A stretch of DNA of 64,000 bases from an uncultured Collinsella sp. (GCA_902494605.1 CABUUG010000001.1:609-64608); one strand, 5' to 3'; counted from the stretch's first letter, positions 22,942 to 38,318 are shown. The notes: generated by a model not told the origin, from the letters alone. A program made the numbers and translations.

Positions 22942-23345
22942 GTTAAATGCGAAAGTCAGTATACACGAGGAATCGCAAAGTGCAAACAGAAAAGTTGGCA
23001 TTTTTTAAAACGCTTGGCTGCGCTTGTTGTTGCAGTGGGGTTTGAGGTGCCAAAAAACGGCTTCCGACCAGCGTGGTTGATTAACTCAATTGTTCAAAAG
23101 GGGTATTCATAAGCGACTTGGCAATGAATTTAAAAATCTTTGGGTGGTGCTGTGGACCACTGGTATGCATTTTGCGACCACGGCCTTGTGCCCGTTGACC
23201 TGCGGCTTGGCTCAGCTTGTCCCCGCGGCGTCGTATCTTGTCCACAAATCCGTCAAGCTCTTGGTCGGCATTTGGTTGGAATGCGCATGAAACGTTGTGC
23301 GAGCATTGGCATATGTGGAGGTCATGAGGTTGTAGCTGCATATTC

Positions 23346-23441
23346 TTGCGGCCTGGGAGGTTGAAAGATATTATTACCAAGTCTTTTCCTGCTTCAGGCG
23401 CACCTTCACGACCTGAAGCCACATTTGCCCAGAGGAGGTGA
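23346..23441 (+). promoter_or_regulatory. rpsF promoter (TTGCGG-17-TATTAT) and probable S6:S18 autoregulatory leader
   Basis: GCTTCAGG/CCTGAAGC hairpin; TCCT can pair with the SD; CCC motif just before AGAGGAGG. Confidence 0.5.
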
Positions 23442-23445
23442 CAAT

Positions 23446-23739
23446 ATGAAGGCTTATGAACTGCTGTTCTTTGTTGACCCGTCGCTCGACCCCGAGACTC
23501 GTCTCGCTGTTATGAAGCGTATCGATACCACGATCGCTGAGGGCGCTGGCAAGGTTGACTCCGTTGACGAGTGGGGCAAGCGCAAGCTCGCCTACGAGAT
23601 CAACGACCTCACCGATGGTGACTACACCCTCATCAACTTCCACGCAGATCCTACCCAGATCGCCGAGCTTGATCGCGTCCTGCGCATCACCGACGCTGTG
23701 GTCCGCCACATGATCGTCCGTCGCGACGACCAGGAGTAA
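23446..23739 (+). CDS. rpsF: 30S ribosomal protein S6
   Basis: MKAYEL, WGKRKLAYEI. Confidence 0.96.
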   Translation: MKAYELLFFVDPSLDPETRLAVMKRIDTTIAEGAGKVDSVDEWGKRKLAYEINDLTDGDYTLINFHADPTQIAELDRVLRITDAVVRHMIVRRDDQE

Positions 23740-23787
23740 GACTGTCGTTTTGGACTGGGCTTGTGCCCCAAGAGGAAGTAGTGAGTT

Positions 23788-24240
23788 ATGAGCATCAATC
23801 GAGTGAACATCACCGGTAACCTCACCCGCGATCCCGAGCTGCGCGCCACCGCCGGCGGAACCCAGGTTCTGTCCTTTGGCGTCGCCGTGAACGATCGTCG
23901 CCGCAACGCGCAGACTGGCGAGTGGGAGGACTATCCCAACTTTGTCGACTGCACTATGTTCGGCACCCGCGCCGAGGCCGTGAGCCGTTTCCTGGCAAAG
24001 GGAAACAAGGTCGCGATCGAGGGCAAGCTGCGCTACAGCTCTTGGGAGCGCGACGGCCAGCGCCGGAGCAAGCTTGAGGTCATCGTCGATGAGATCGAGT
24101 TTATGAGCTCCCGTGGTGGCCAGGGTGGCTACGACCAGGGCGGTTACGCCCCCGCAGCTCCCGCGCCCGCAGCACGTCCTGCCGCGCCGGTGGCTACGCC
24201 GCCCGCGGTCGACGTCTACGATGAGGACATCCCGTTCTAA
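23788..24240 (+). CDS. ssb: Single-stranded DNA-binding protein
   Basis: GNLTRDPELR, C-terminal DEDIPF. Confidence 0.97.
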   Translation: MSINRVNITGNLTRDPELRATAGGTQVLSFGVAVNDRRRNAQTGEWEDYPNFVDCTMFGTRAEAVSRFLAKGNKVAIEGKLRYSSWERDGQRRSKLEVIVDEIEFMSSRGGQGGYDQGGYAPAAPAPAARPAAPVATPPAVDVYDEDIPF

Positions 24241-24312
24241 GGGTTGTTCACCTATTTTTGAGTGAGAGGCGGCTTCGGTTCGCCGAAGTTGCCAAATGAA
24301 AGGTATTTTGAC

Positions 24313-24579
24313 ATGGCTAATGATTTTTCTGCACGTCAGCCGCGTCGTAAGTACTGCCAGTTCTGCAAGGAGAACACTGAGTTCATCGACTATAAGGACA
24401 CTCAGCTTCTCCGTAAGTACATGACCGATCGTGGCAAGATTAAGCCCCGTCGCGTCACTGGCGCTTGCACGCAGCATCAGCATGACATCGCCAACGCCAT
24501 CAAGCGCGCCCGCGAGATGGCTCTCCTGCCGTACACCGTCCCCGTGGTTTCCTCTCGTGGCAACCGCGACCGCGGCTAA
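24313..24579 (+). CDS. rpsR: 30S ribosomal protein S18 (Zn-binding form)
   Basis: [26 protein letters not shown]. Confidence 0.96.
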   Translation: MANDFSARQPRRKYCQFCKENTEFIDYKDTQLLRKYMTDRGKIKPRRVTGACTQHQHDIANAIKRAREMALLPYTVPVVSSRGNRDRG

Positions 24580-24594
24580 GAAGGGAGACGCATC

Positions 24595-25134
24595 ATGAAG
24601 GTTATTCTTCTCGATGAGATCAAGGGCAAGGGCGGCGAGGGTGACGTCGTAGAGGTCGCTCAGGGTTACGCTGAGAACTTCCTGTTCCCCAAGAAGCTCG
24701 CTGTTGCCGCCACCAAGGGCAACCTCAAGCAGCTTGACGAGCGTCGCAACAACATCGCCAAGCGCGAGGCCGTCCGTCTGGCTACCGCCAACGAGACCAA
24801 GGCTGCCTTCGAGGGCAAGACGGTCACCGTTGACGTCAAGGTCGGCGACGAGGGCATCCTCTTTGGCTCCGTTACCGCCGCTATGATCGCTGACGCCATC
24901 AAGGCTCAGCTCGGTATGGACATCGACCGCAAGCGCGTCGAGCTCGGTAAGCCCATCAAGGTTGCCGGTGCCCACACCGTTGCCATCTCGCTGTACCGCG
25001 AGATCAAGGCCGAGGTTGTCGTTCTCGTCGGCGTTACCGCCGAGGAGCTCGCTGCCGAGGCTGAGGTCGAGGAGGCCGCTGAGGTCGCCGAGGCCGAGAC
25101 CGCCGAGGTCGAGACTGAGGCTGCTGCCGAGTAG
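24595..25134 (+). CDS. rplI: 50S ribosomal protein L9 with acidic tail
   Basis: MKVILL, GYAENFLFP, LFGSVT. Confidence 0.96.
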   Translation: MKVILLDEIKGKGGEGDVVEVAQGYAENFLFPKKLAVAATKGNLKQLDERRNNIAKREAVRLATANETKAAFEGKTVTVDVKVGDEGILFGSVTAAMIADAIKAQLGMDIDRKRVELGKPIKVAGAHTVAISLYREIKAEVVVLVGVTAEELAAEAEVEEAAEVAEAETAEVETEAAAE

Positions 25135-25166
25135 CATTTGCTGCAACGCAACAATCTTGTTCTAAG

Positions 25167-25205
25167 AAGGGCGCTCTGGGAAACCAGGGCGCCCTTTTGT
25201 TTTTT
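25167..25205 (+). terminator. Terminator after rplI
   Basis: AAGGGCGCTCTGG-GAAA-CCAGGGCGCCCTT followed by a T-tract. Confidence 0.8.
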
Positions 25206-25346
25206 GCGCTGAGTGAGTGTCATGGTGAACGTTGCGTCGAAGTCCTGTGTACAGGACCGTTCATCCGTTTGGTTCGGTGATGATTGGCCGCGTGCGGCGC
25301 GTTTTGGGACCGTGGCTGATACTATGGATGCTCGCAAGCGATATGA

Positions 25347-26750
25347 ATGAGGATGCTCATGGCATATGACGATAGGGAGACCGGGCTGACGGTTGAGGAC
25401 CGCGGCTCAAAGTTGGGTCTTCCCCAAAACCAAGATGCAGAGGCCAATGTACTGGCCGCTATGCTGCTATCGCCCGAGGTGGTCGAAGAGGCCCAGGTCG
25501 AGCTGCAGCCCGATGACTTCTACCGGCCCATTCATAAGACCATCTATACCGCGATGGTCGATATGTACAACAGCCGCATTCCCATCGACTCCATCTCGCT
25601 GATCGATTACCTGCGAAGCATCAACAAGCTCGATGCCGTGGGCGGCGAAGCGTACATTTTGGAGTTGATGGGTCAGACCCTGTCGCTCGTCAACTGGCAG
25701 CACCATGCCGCCATCGTTCGCCGCGATTCGATGCTGCGTGAGCTGATCGGCGCCACCAACGAGATCAACGCGCTGGCATATAACGCCCCCACCGACACCA
25801 AAGAGGTCGTGGAGCTAGCCGAGAGCAAGCTGCTCAAGGTTACGGCGCGCGAGGTCAAGTCGAGCTACAAGACGCTGACCGAGTTTATGGTCGAGGCCTA
25901 TAATGAGGCCGAGGAAGTGTGCCAGGCCGGTGGCCAGGCTGCGGGCGTGCCCACGGGCTTCCCGTCGCTCGACCGCATGCTCATGGGCTTCCGCGAGGGT
26001 CAGCTCATCATCATCGGCGCCCGTCCTGCTGTAGGTAAGACGTCGTTCGCTCTGAACCTGGCGCTCAACGCTGCCGCTGCTGGTTATACCGTCGGCTTCT
26101 TCTCGCTGGAGATGTCGGGTAAGGAAATTGCCCAGCGTCTGATTTGCGCCTATGCCATGATCTCGATCAGTGACTTCCGCATGGGTCGCATTAGCCCCGA
26201 GCAGTGGGCCAATATCAACGAGGCCACGCAGACCTTGTCCAAGCTCGATATTCTGATTGACGATACGCCCGGCACCACAGTGACCGAGATTCGCGCCAAG
26301 AGCCGCCGCATGCTCCATAACAAGGAGAAGGCAATCATCATCCTGGACTACCTGCAGCTGGTGAGTCCTCCGCCGGGACGCCGCTCCGAGAGCCGTACCG
26401 TCGAGGTTTCGGAGATGTCGCGTGGTCTGAAGATCATGGCCAAGGAGCTCAAGATTCCGCTCATCGCGCTGTCGCAGCTCTCGCGTCAGGTCGAATCCCG
26501 TACCGGCAAGCGCCCACAGCTTTCCGACCTTCGTGAATCGGGCTCTATCGAGCAGGACGCCGATATCGTTATGTTCTTGGACCGCTCCGCCGACGAGGCC
26601 GAAGCCTCGCGCGACGATCGACCCGACGAGGGCGTTACGCGTATCGTCGTGGCCAAGAACCGTTCGGGCCCGATCGGCGACGTCGACCTGATGTTCCTGC
26701 CGGCATCCACCAAGTTCTATGAGCTTGATGGGGCACATGCCGAGGAGTAG
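25347..26750 (+). CDS. dnaB: Replicative DNA helicase
   Basis: GARPAVGKT, FSLEM, DYLQL, SQLSR, DLRESGSIEQDAD, KNRSGP; no intein apparent; start may be 25359. Confidence 0.96.
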   Translation: MRMLMAYDDRETGLTVEDRGSKLGLPQNQDAEANVLAAMLLSPEVVEEAQVELQPDDFYRPIHKTIYTAMVDMYNSRIPIDSISLIDYLRSINKLDAVGGEAYILELMGQTLSLVNWQHHAAIVRRDSMLRELIGATNEINALAYNAPTDTKEVVELAESKLLKVTAREVKSSYKTLTEFMVEAYNEAEEVCQAGGQAAGVPTGFPSLDRMLMGFREGQLIIIGARPAVGKTSFALNLALNAAAAGYTVGFFSLEMSGKEIAQRLICAYAMISISDFRMGRISPEQWANINEATQTLSKLDILIDDTPGTTVTEIRAKSRRMLHNKEKAIIILDYLQLVSPPPGRRSESRTVEVSEMSRGLKIMAKELKIPLIALSQLSRQVESRTGKRPQLSDLRESGSIEQDADIVMFLDRSADEAEASRDDRPDEGVTRIVVAKNRSGPIGDVDLMFLPASTKFYELDGAHAEE

Positions 26751-26834
26751 GACAGGCACCCGTTGCACGGGTATACTGGGAATGTTTTGTGCTTCTGCGT
26801 GCCGGCGTGGCGCGTAGACAGTCCATGAATGTAA

Positions 26835-28130
<1,296 letters not shown>

Positions 28131-28248
28131 TCGGGACTATTTGGTTATTGCGATATACCCCTTTGCAGCCCGGACGGGCGGCCGAGGGGTATATTTGCTT
28201 GCAAAGGGCTCGCGCGGAGCGGGCCGTTCATCCATAGAGGAGGCACCC

Positions 28249-29553
28249 TTGAAGGCGGACACTCAAACCATCGACATCCTGTTGTTGGGCAGCGGCGGCC
28301 GCGAGCATGCTTTGGCAGCTAAGCTCGCAGCATCACCGCGCGCCGGCAAGCTCTACATCGCGCCGGGTAACGGCGGCACTGCGAGCTGCGGCGAGAACGT
28401 TGTTCTCGACGACTGCGATCCTGCGGCCGTGGCGGCGTTTGCGCAGAGCCACGGATGCGGACTCGTGGTGATTGGCCCCGAGGCTCCGCTCGTGGCGGGC
28501 GTGGCCGACGCCGTGCGCGCGGCGGGTATTCCCTGCTTTGGCCCGGGTGCCGAGGGCGCCCAGATGGAGGGCTCCAAGCTGTTCTCCAAGCAGCTCATGG
28601 AGCGTGCCGATATCCCGACGGCAGCCTACGGCTCGTTTACCGACGAGGCTTCGGCTCTTGCCTATGTGCGTGAGCAGGGCGCTCCGCTGGTCGTCAAGGC
28701 TGACGGCCTGGCCGCAGGCAAGGGCGTTATCGTGGCGACTGAGCTCGAGCAGGCCGAAGAGGCCGTGCGCGAGTGTTTTGGCGGCACCTTTGGCGATGCC
28801 GGCAATACCGTGGTCATCGAGGAGATGCTCGTTGGTCCTGAGTGCTCGCTGCTGGCCTTTACCGACGGCAAGACCGTGCGCCCCATGGCCACTTCGCAGG
28901 ACCACAAGCGTGCGCTCGAGGGCGACAAGGGTCCCAACACCGGTGGCATGGGCGTTTACAGCCCGGTGCCCATCGTGACTGACGAGGAGCACGCCACGAT
29001 GGTGGCGGTCATGGAGCAGACCGTGGCCGAGCTCGCTGCCGAGGGCATCGACTACCGCGGCTGCCTGTATGGCGGCTTTATGCTCACCCCCGCCGGCCCC
29101 AAGGTGCTGGAGTTCAACGCCCGCTTTGGCGACCCCGAGACGCAGGTCGTGCTGCCGCGCCTCAAGAACGACCTGGTCGAGGTTATGCTCGCCTGCGCCA
29201 ACTGCGAGCTTGATCAGATTGAGCTCGACTGGCGTGACGAGTGGGCCGTGGCTGTTGTTCTGACGAGCGCGGGCTATCCCGGCAGCTACGAGAAGGGCAA
29301 AGTCATCACCGGCATCGCCGACGCCGAGGCCATGGAGAACGTGACCGTGTACCATGCCGGCACCGCCGTGGTGGACGGCCGGCTCGTGACCAACGGCGGC
29401 CGTGTGCTTGCCGTGACCGCGCTGGGCGATACGTTTGAGAACGCCCGCAACCTTGCCTACGAGGCCTGCGAGAAGATTGATTTTGAGGGCAAGACCCTGC
29501 GTCACGACATCGGCCTGCGCGCGCTGCGCGGCCGCGACGCCTGGGATGCCTAA
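28249..29553 (+). CDS. purD: Phosphoribosylamine-glycine ligase
   Basis: [39 protein letters not shown] start after GAGGAGG. Confidence 0.96.
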   Translation: MKADTQTIDILLLGSGGREHALAAKLAASPRAGKLYIAPGNGGTASCGENVVLDDCDPAAVAAFAQSHGCGLVVIGPEAPLVAGVADAVRAAGIPCFGPGAEGAQMEGSKLFSKQLMERADIPTAAYGSFTDEASALAYVREQGAPLVVKADGLAAGKGVIVATELEQAEEAVRECFGGTFGDAGNTVVIEEMLVGPECSLLAFTDGKTVRPMATSQDHKRALEGDKGPNTGGMGVYSPVPIVTDEEHATMVAVMEQTVAELAAEGIDYRGCLYGGFMLTPAGPKVLEFNARFGDPETQVVLPRLKNDLVEVMLACANCELDQIELDWRDEWAVAVVLTSAGYPGSYEKGKVITGIADAEAMENVTVYHAGTAVVDGRLVTNGGRVLAVTALGDTFENARNLAYEACEKIDFEGKTLRHDIGLRALRGRDAWDA

Positions 29554-29565
29554 AATCCGAGAGGA

Positions 29566-30270
29566 ATGAGACGGATGGACGAGAAGAACGAAGAGCTCGT
29601 GGACGCGCAGATCGTCGAAGAGGACAGCCGCATGTATGGGCACGCCGAGGGCGAGCCTGGTGGCGAGGTCGCTGACGAGCCGGCGCTGGTGCTGGGCGAC
29701 GACGACCCGCACGATGCCGAGCTGCACGAGAAGATTCTTTCGGAGGAGTGCGCCTGGAAGGGCAAGATCCTTGACGTCCACCGTCTTGAAGTTGAGCTGC
29801 CCAACGGTCACCGCAGCGCCCGCGATATCGTTCGCCATCCGGGCGCGGCGGCCGTTGTGGCGCTTACCGAGAGCGGCAAGATCGTACTGGTGCGTCAGTA
29901 CCGCACCGCCATCGACCGCGTGACGGTCGAGATTCCCGCCGGCAAGCTCGATCCAGGCGAGGACCCGCTCGATTGCGCCAAGCGCGAACTGCATGAGGAG
30001 ACGGGCTTTAGGGCCGGTCGCATTCGCTTTTTGACGTCGATTGTCACGTCCTGCGGTTTTTGCGATGAGATCATCCACATCTACTTGGCTACCAAGCTCG
30101 AGTTTGATGCGCCCAACCCCGATGATGACGAGTTTGTCAACGTGGACCTGGTGCCGCTGCACGAGCTGATCGATGCCGTGCTCGACGGCAAGATCGAAGA
30201 CGCCAAGACCGTCGTGGGTGCGCTTGCCTGCGACAGCATCGCGCACCGACTAGGCGGGGCCGATCTTTAA
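29566..30270 (+). CDS. Nudix hydrolase (ADP-ribose pyrophosphatase-like)
   Basis: Nudix box PAGKLDPGEDPLDCAKRELHEETG; VRQYR. Confidence 0.9.
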   Translation: MRRMDEKNEELVDAQIVEEDSRMYGHAEGEPGGEVADEPALVLGDDDPHDAELHEKILSEECAWKGKILDVHRLEVELPNGHRSARDIVRHPGAAAVVALTESGKIVLVRQYRTAIDRVTVEIPAGKLDPGEDPLDCAKRELHEETGFRAGRIRFLTSIVTSCGFCDEIIHIYLATKLEFDAPNPDDDEFVNVDLVPLHELIDAVLDGKIEDAKTVVGALACDSIAHRLGGADL

Positions 30271-30298
30271 CGAGCGGGGATGATCCCGCAGATTTGTG

Positions 30299-30447
30299 TA
30301 AGTCAGCGAAAGTGCTCCATTTGAGACAAAGTGGCCTAAAAGAGGAGGGAAGCGTATGGATATACGCGACCGACGATTGAAGGCCAGATTGTTCAAATGG
30401 GGCGCTTGCAGCGTCGAGACGAAACGCGGTTTGGTAAAACCGCGTAA
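30299..30447 (+). ncRNA. Candidate structured element, copy A (homologous to 58208-58357)
   Basis: Shared conserved blocks and covarying stems between the two copies; transcription not shown. Confidence 0.55.
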
Positions 30448-30454
30448 GGTGATT

Positions 30455-32227
30455 ATGCTGAAGCGTTTTCTTTCGTATTACAAGCCCCAGATGGGGCTTT
30501 TTGTTGCTGATACTGTTTGTGCTCTGGTGCTTGCCGCCATTGACCTGGCGTTCCCCATTATCCTGCGCAATTTGACCGGTGGGCTGTTTACTCAGGGTCA
30601 GACTGCCATTATGCAGGCGCTCGGCATGATCGCGGTGGGCTTGGTGTTGATGTATGCCGTCCGCTGCGCCTGCCGCTACTTTGTGAGCTATTGGGGTCAC
30701 GTGATGGGCGCGCGCATGGAGTCCAAGATGCGCGAGGACCTGTTCGACCAGTATGAGCGCTTTAGCTTTGCGTACTTCGACCGCAACAGCTCGGGCGACA
30801 TGATGAGCCGCGTGGTCAACGACCTGTTCGATATCTGCGAGGCGGCGCACCACGTGCCCGAGTGGATCATCATCTGCGGCATCGAGATTATCGGATCGTT
30901 TGTGATTCTCTTTACCATCGCCCCGGTGCTGGCGCTCGCCATGGCCGTGGTGACGGCGGCGTTTGCGGTCATCATGTTTTGGCAGAACATGCGCATGCGC
31001 GAGGTCTTTAGCGACAACCGCAAAAAAATCAGCGGCATCAATGCGCAGCTGCAGGATTCGCTGGCGGGCATGCGCGTGGTCAAGAGCTTTGCCAATGAGG
31101 AGACCGAACGCTTCAAGTTCCGCGCCTCCAACAATCGCTATCTTTCGTCCAAGGAGAACATGTATCACGCCATGGGCGTCTATACCGCGACGTATGGCCT
31201 GCTCTCGGGTGTGCTCTATGTGATCGTGGTGCTGCTGGGCGGCTGGCTGGTCGCCCAGGGACAGCTGCAGGCGGTCGATATGGCGACCTTCGCGCTCTAC
31301 ATTTCGCTGTTCTGCACGCCGCTCGAGACACTCGTCAATTCGGCCGAAACGTATCAGAAGGCTATCGCCGGCTTTAGGCGTATGGACGAGGTGCTCTCGA
31401 CCGCGCCGGATATCCAGGACAAGCCGGGCGCCACGGATCTGCAGGTGACTGCCGGCGCCGTGGAGTATCACGACGTGTGCTTTAACTACGAGGATGTTGA
31501 GCTGGGCGAGGGCGATGCCGACGAGCGTCCCGTTATCGACCATATGGACCTGTCCATCAAGCCCGGGCAGACCATCGCTTTGGTTGGCCCTTCGGGCGGT
31601 GGCAAGTCCACGACCTGTTCGCTGCTGCCGCGCTTTTATGACGTGGCTGCCGGATCCATTAGCATCGACGGCCAAGACGTGCGCGATGTGACGCAGCAGA
31701 GCCTGCGCCGTGCCATCGGCCTGGTGCAGCAGGATGTCTATCTGTTTGACGGTACGATTGGCGAGAACATCGCCTACGGCAAGCCGGGCGCTACGGCGGA
31801 AGAGATCGCCGAGGCCGCCCGTCGCGCCAACATCGATGCCTTTATCGAGTCGCTTCCACAGGGCTACGACACCGTGGTGGGCGAGCGTGGCAGCCGTCTT
31901 TCGGGCGGACAGAAGCAGCGTGTTGCCATCGCGCGCGTGTTTCTCAAGAACCCCAAGATCCTGATCTTGGACGAGGCGACGAGTGCTTTGGATAACGAGA
32001 GCGAGGAGGCGGTCCAGGAGTCGCTCGAAGAGCTGGCACGCGGCCGTACCACAATCATCATCGCCCACCGTCTTTCGACCATTAAGCATGCTGACGAGAT
32101 TGCGACTGTTGAGCATGGTCGCGTTGTGGAACGTGGCACGCATGAACAGCTTCTCGCCCGTGGCGGCACCTATGCCCGTTACTATCGAATGCAGTTCGAA
32201 GGTGCGCGTGCGCACGAGCTCGACTGA
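30455..32227 (+). CDS. ABC exporter, fused TMD-NBD (MsbA/Sav1866-like)
   Basis: N-terminal TM region, GPSGGGKST, LSGGQKQR, ILDEATSALD. Confidence 0.93.
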   Translation: MLKRFLSYYKPQMGLFVADTVCALVLAAIDLAFPIILRNLTGGLFTQGQTAIMQALGMIAVGLVLMYAVRCACRYFVSYWGHVMGARMESKMREDLFDQYERFSFAYFDRNSSGDMMSRVVNDLFDICEAAHHVPEWIIICGIEIIGSFVILFTIAPVLALAMAVVTAAFAVIMFWQNMRMREVFSDNRKKISGINAQLQDSLAGMRVVKSFANEETERFKFRASNNRYLSSKENMYHAMGVYTATYGLLSGVLYVIVVLLGGWLVAQGQLQAVDMATFALYISLFCTPLETLVNSAETYQKAIAGFRRMDEVLSTAPDIQDKPGATDLQVTAGAVEYHDVCFNYEDVELGEGDADERPVIDHMDLSIKPGQTIALVGPSGGGKSTTCSLLPRFYDVAAGSISIDGQDVRDVTQQSLRRAIGLVQQDVYLFDGTIGENIAYGKPGATAEEIAEAARRANIDAFIESLPQGYDTVVGERGSRLSGGQKQRVAIARVFLKNPKILILDEATSALDNESEEAVQESLEELARGRTTIIIAHRLSTIKHADEIATVEHGRVVERGTHEQLLARGGTYARYYRMQFEGARAHELD

Positions 32228-32246
32228 TTGATATGACAGGAAGTTT

Positions 32247-33212
32247 ATGGCTGACAAGAACCCTTTGACTCCGGAAGAAGTGACGGAGTTATTCTCCGAA
32301 ATCGATGCATCCGGTGTCTTGGATCCCACGCTTGCCAAAAAGCGAACTGAGCGCATGCGTGAGAAGGAGGCCGCGGCCAAGCGCGGTGACAAAGCGGCGC
32401 TAGCGCAGCTGCGCAGCGAGGACCGCGCGAGCCAGGCAAAACATATCGACCCGCTGTCCGAGGACGATCCTTCGGGCTCGCAGGTGAGCCATACCATTAC
32501 GAAGACCGCGATGGCCGTGGTCATCGGTATTTTGGTGCTGATCGTGGGCATGCAGATCGGCTACGGCGTGATGCGCCGTCTGAATACCGTCAACCTGTCC
32601 GAGAGCGTTTCGGTTGATACCGTTTCGACGGCGCTGAAGGGCGGCCTTGAGTGGGGCAACGGCTTTACGCAGTTCCCGCTCGACTTTACCGTCGATGAAG
32701 CCGATGAACGCACGGGCACGGTCGAGGTGACGGTGTTGGACACGTCTTCTGCCAACGAGCTCGAGCTGTTGTCCAACGGGCAGATTCAGGCCGCGGCGCT
32801 TGCGACCAACGCGCTGCTCAACGATAAGATCGACCGCGTGGTGTATAACGTTCACGCCTATATCGACGAGGATAGCAACATTCAGCACGATTCCTTCTTT
32901 GGCATGTTCCCCGCGCGGGGCCACCAGAGCGCCATTTTGACGTTCGTGTGGACCAAGAGCTCATCCAACGCCACGAGTATCGACTGGAAGATGCGCATCG
33001 TGAGTATGGATGACACCATCGCCGAGCGCATTCAGAAGCAGGTGAACTCGGTGTCGTCGTTGATTGAGGATCCGGTGGTGAGCCAGACCAAGATTGACGA
33101 GGAAAAGACCGAGCGTGACCTGGAGCATCGTCTGCATGGCCGCGAGATTTTCCGCGGCGGCAAGCCCGATCGCACACCGTCCGAACTGCTGGAACAGGAC
33201 AAGAAAAAGTAA
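32247..33212 (+). CDS. Hypothetical single-pass membrane protein
   Basis: Long ORF with host codon usage, one TM segment, followed by a terminator at 33219-33259. Confidence 0.75.
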   Translation: MADKNPLTPEEVTELFSEIDASGVLDPTLAKKRTERMREKEAAAKRGDKAALAQLRSEDRASQAKHIDPLSEDDPSGSQVSHTITKTAMAVVIGILVLIVGMQIGYGVMRRLNTVNLSESVSVDTVSTALKGGLEWGNGFTQFPLDFTVDEADERTGTVEVTVLDTSSANELELLSNGQIQAAALATNALLNDKIDRVVYNVHAYIDEDSNIQHDSFFGMFPARGHQSAILTFVWTKSSSNATSIDWKMRIVSMDDTIAERIQKQVNSVSSLIEDPVVSQTKIDEEKTERDLEHRLHGREIFRGGKPDRTPSELLEQDKKK

Positions 33213-33282
33213 GACGCCATCATCCCGCGTGAGCCACAAGCCCCGCGGGATGATTTTTTAATCCCCGTCCCAGAGAAATCAT

Positions 33283-33300
33283 TATGCATAGAAAGTCATA
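33283..33300. promoter_or_regulatory. Putative ARG box upstream of carAB
   Basis: TATGCATAGAAAGTCATA resembles the WNTGNATWWWWATNCANW consensus and lies in an AT-rich promoter. Confidence 0.45.
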
Positions 33301-33419
33301 ATTATCATTTCGTAAACATTTCGATGAAATTAACGCCATGAGGCATGCTTGCGGTTACAATACCGCGAGGCCTAACTACACACCTTTAAGCCGGTCCTGT
33401 GAGACCGGGAAGGAGAATT

Positions 33420-34859
33420 ATGGCGAACAACCATACCGCGGGCGCTGCCGCCCGCACCTTCGCGCCCAGCGAGCTTTGCCAGCGTATGCTGGCCAAAACC
33501 AGCAAGGGCACCTGCGGTCCCTGCATCCTGTATCTTGAGGATGGGACCATTTTTTATGGACGTGCATGCGGCGCCGAGGGCACCGCGACCGGCGAAGTCT
33601 GCTTCAACACCTCGCTTGAGGGCTACTTTGAGGTCATGACCGACCCGAGCTATGCCGGCCAAATCGTAACCATGACCTATCCGCAGATCGGTAACTACGG
33701 CATCGACGAGACCGACGTCCAGTCGGCCTTCCCCGGTGATACCGCCCGCCCCGCGAGCGCTCCGGCTATGCGCGGCATGATCGTCCGCGACATGTGCGTC
33801 ACGCCTTCCAACTGGCGCTCGGCCGTCAGCGTGCCGGAGTACCTGCGTGCCCACGGCATCGTCGCTATCGAGGGCGTCGACACCCGCGCTCTTGTGCGCC
33901 ACCTGCGCGACAACGGCTCCAAGATGGGTATTATCTCGACGGAAATCTTTGACATCGCCGAGCTTGCCGAGCGTCTGGCCGCAGCGCCGACGCTGGTGGG
34001 CGAGAACCTGGTCAAGACCGTGAGCTGCCCTGAGCCCCACGAGTTTGCAGCTGCCGACCTGCCCGCTACGCATGACTTTGCGCTTGCCCCTGCCGCCCCC
34101 GCCCGCCACAACGTGGTCGCCTACGACTGCGGCGTCAAGCGCGGCATTCTGGAGGGCCTCGTCCGCGCCGGCTGCGACCTTACTGTCGTGCCGTGGGATA
34201 CGCCCGCGAGTGAGGTGCTCGACATGAATCCCGACGGCGTCTTTTTATCCAACGGCCCCGGCGACCCCGATGCCGTGGTGGAGACCTATGAGCAGGTGCA
34301 GCAGCTGATCGGCAAGGTGCCGGTCTTTGGCATTTGCCTCGGTCACCAGATGATCAGCTTGGCGTGTGGCGCCCAAATGGAAAAGCTTAAATTCGGTCAC
34401 CGTGGCGGTAACCAGCCGGTTATGAACCTGGTGAGCCGTCGCGTGGAGATCACCGCGCAAAACCACGGCTTTGGCCTGCTGTTCCCAAGTCTGGGCAAAC
34501 TAATCCCGGAGCTTTCCGGCGGCGAGACCGAGCATGAGGCCGACGGCGACCTACGCGCCTGGGTGCGTCGCGGCATCGCGCCGGTCGTGATGAACGAGCG
34601 CTTCGGCCGCATTCGCCTGACGCACGTGAACCTCAACGACGGCACCGCCGAGGGCATCCAGCTGCTCGATGCCCCGTGCTTCTCGGTCCAGTACCACCCC
34701 GAGGCCTCGCCCGGCCCCACCGATGCCCACTATCTCTTTACCGCCTTTACGCGACTCATGGACGGCGAGGAGAACTACCTGGACATCGACACCGCGAAGG
34801 ACCGCCTTGCCGGCTGGAATTTTGCCGAGACCGCCGCGACCGAGACCGAGGAGAACTAA
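33420..34859 (+). CDS. carA: Carbamoyl-phosphate synthase small subunit
   Basis: [28 protein letters not shown]. Confidence 0.96.
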   Translation: MANNHTAGAAARTFAPSELCQRMLAKTSKGTCGPCILYLEDGTIFYGRACGAEGTATGEVCFNTSLEGYFEVMTDPSYAGQIVTMTYPQIGNYGIDETDVQSAFPGDTARPASAPAMRGMIVRDMCVTPSNWRSAVSVPEYLRAHGIVAIEGVDTRALVRHLRDNGSKMGIISTEIFDIAELAERLAAAPTLVGENLVKTVSCPEPHEFAAADLPATHDFALAPAAPARHNVVAYDCGVKRGILEGLVRAGCDLTVVPWDTPASEVLDMNPDGVFLSNGPGDPDAVVETYEQVQQLIGKVPVFGICLGHQMISLACGAQMEKLKFGHRGGNQPVMNLVSRRVEITAQNHGFGLLFPSLGKLIPELSGGETEHEADGDLRAWVRRGIAPVVMNERFGRIRLTHVNLNDGTAEGIQLLDAPCFSVQYHPEASPGPTDAHYLFTAFTRLMDGEENYLDIDTAKDRLAGWNFAETAATETEEN

Positions 34860-34860
34860 C

Positions 34861-38175
<3,315 letters not shown>

Positions 38176-38187
38176 ACTGACCTGTCT

Positions 38188-38272
38188 GGCCGGGGCGGGG
38201 GGCCGAGTTTCCCCCTTCGCTCCGGCTGCAAGCAGAGTCGCTCAGTGGGAAACTCGGCCCCCCGCCCCGGCC
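38188..38272. repeat. Hairpin element with perfect 26-bp arms and a conserved loop (family shared with 48240-48331)
   Basis: GGCCGGGGCGGGGGGCCGAGTTTCCC / GGGAAACTCGGCCCCCCGCCCCGGCC. Confidence 0.85.
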
Positions 38273-38318
38273 TGCGGTGACTTGGTTGCACCGTGTGCTG
38301 CCGAAGGGGCTTTGTGCG

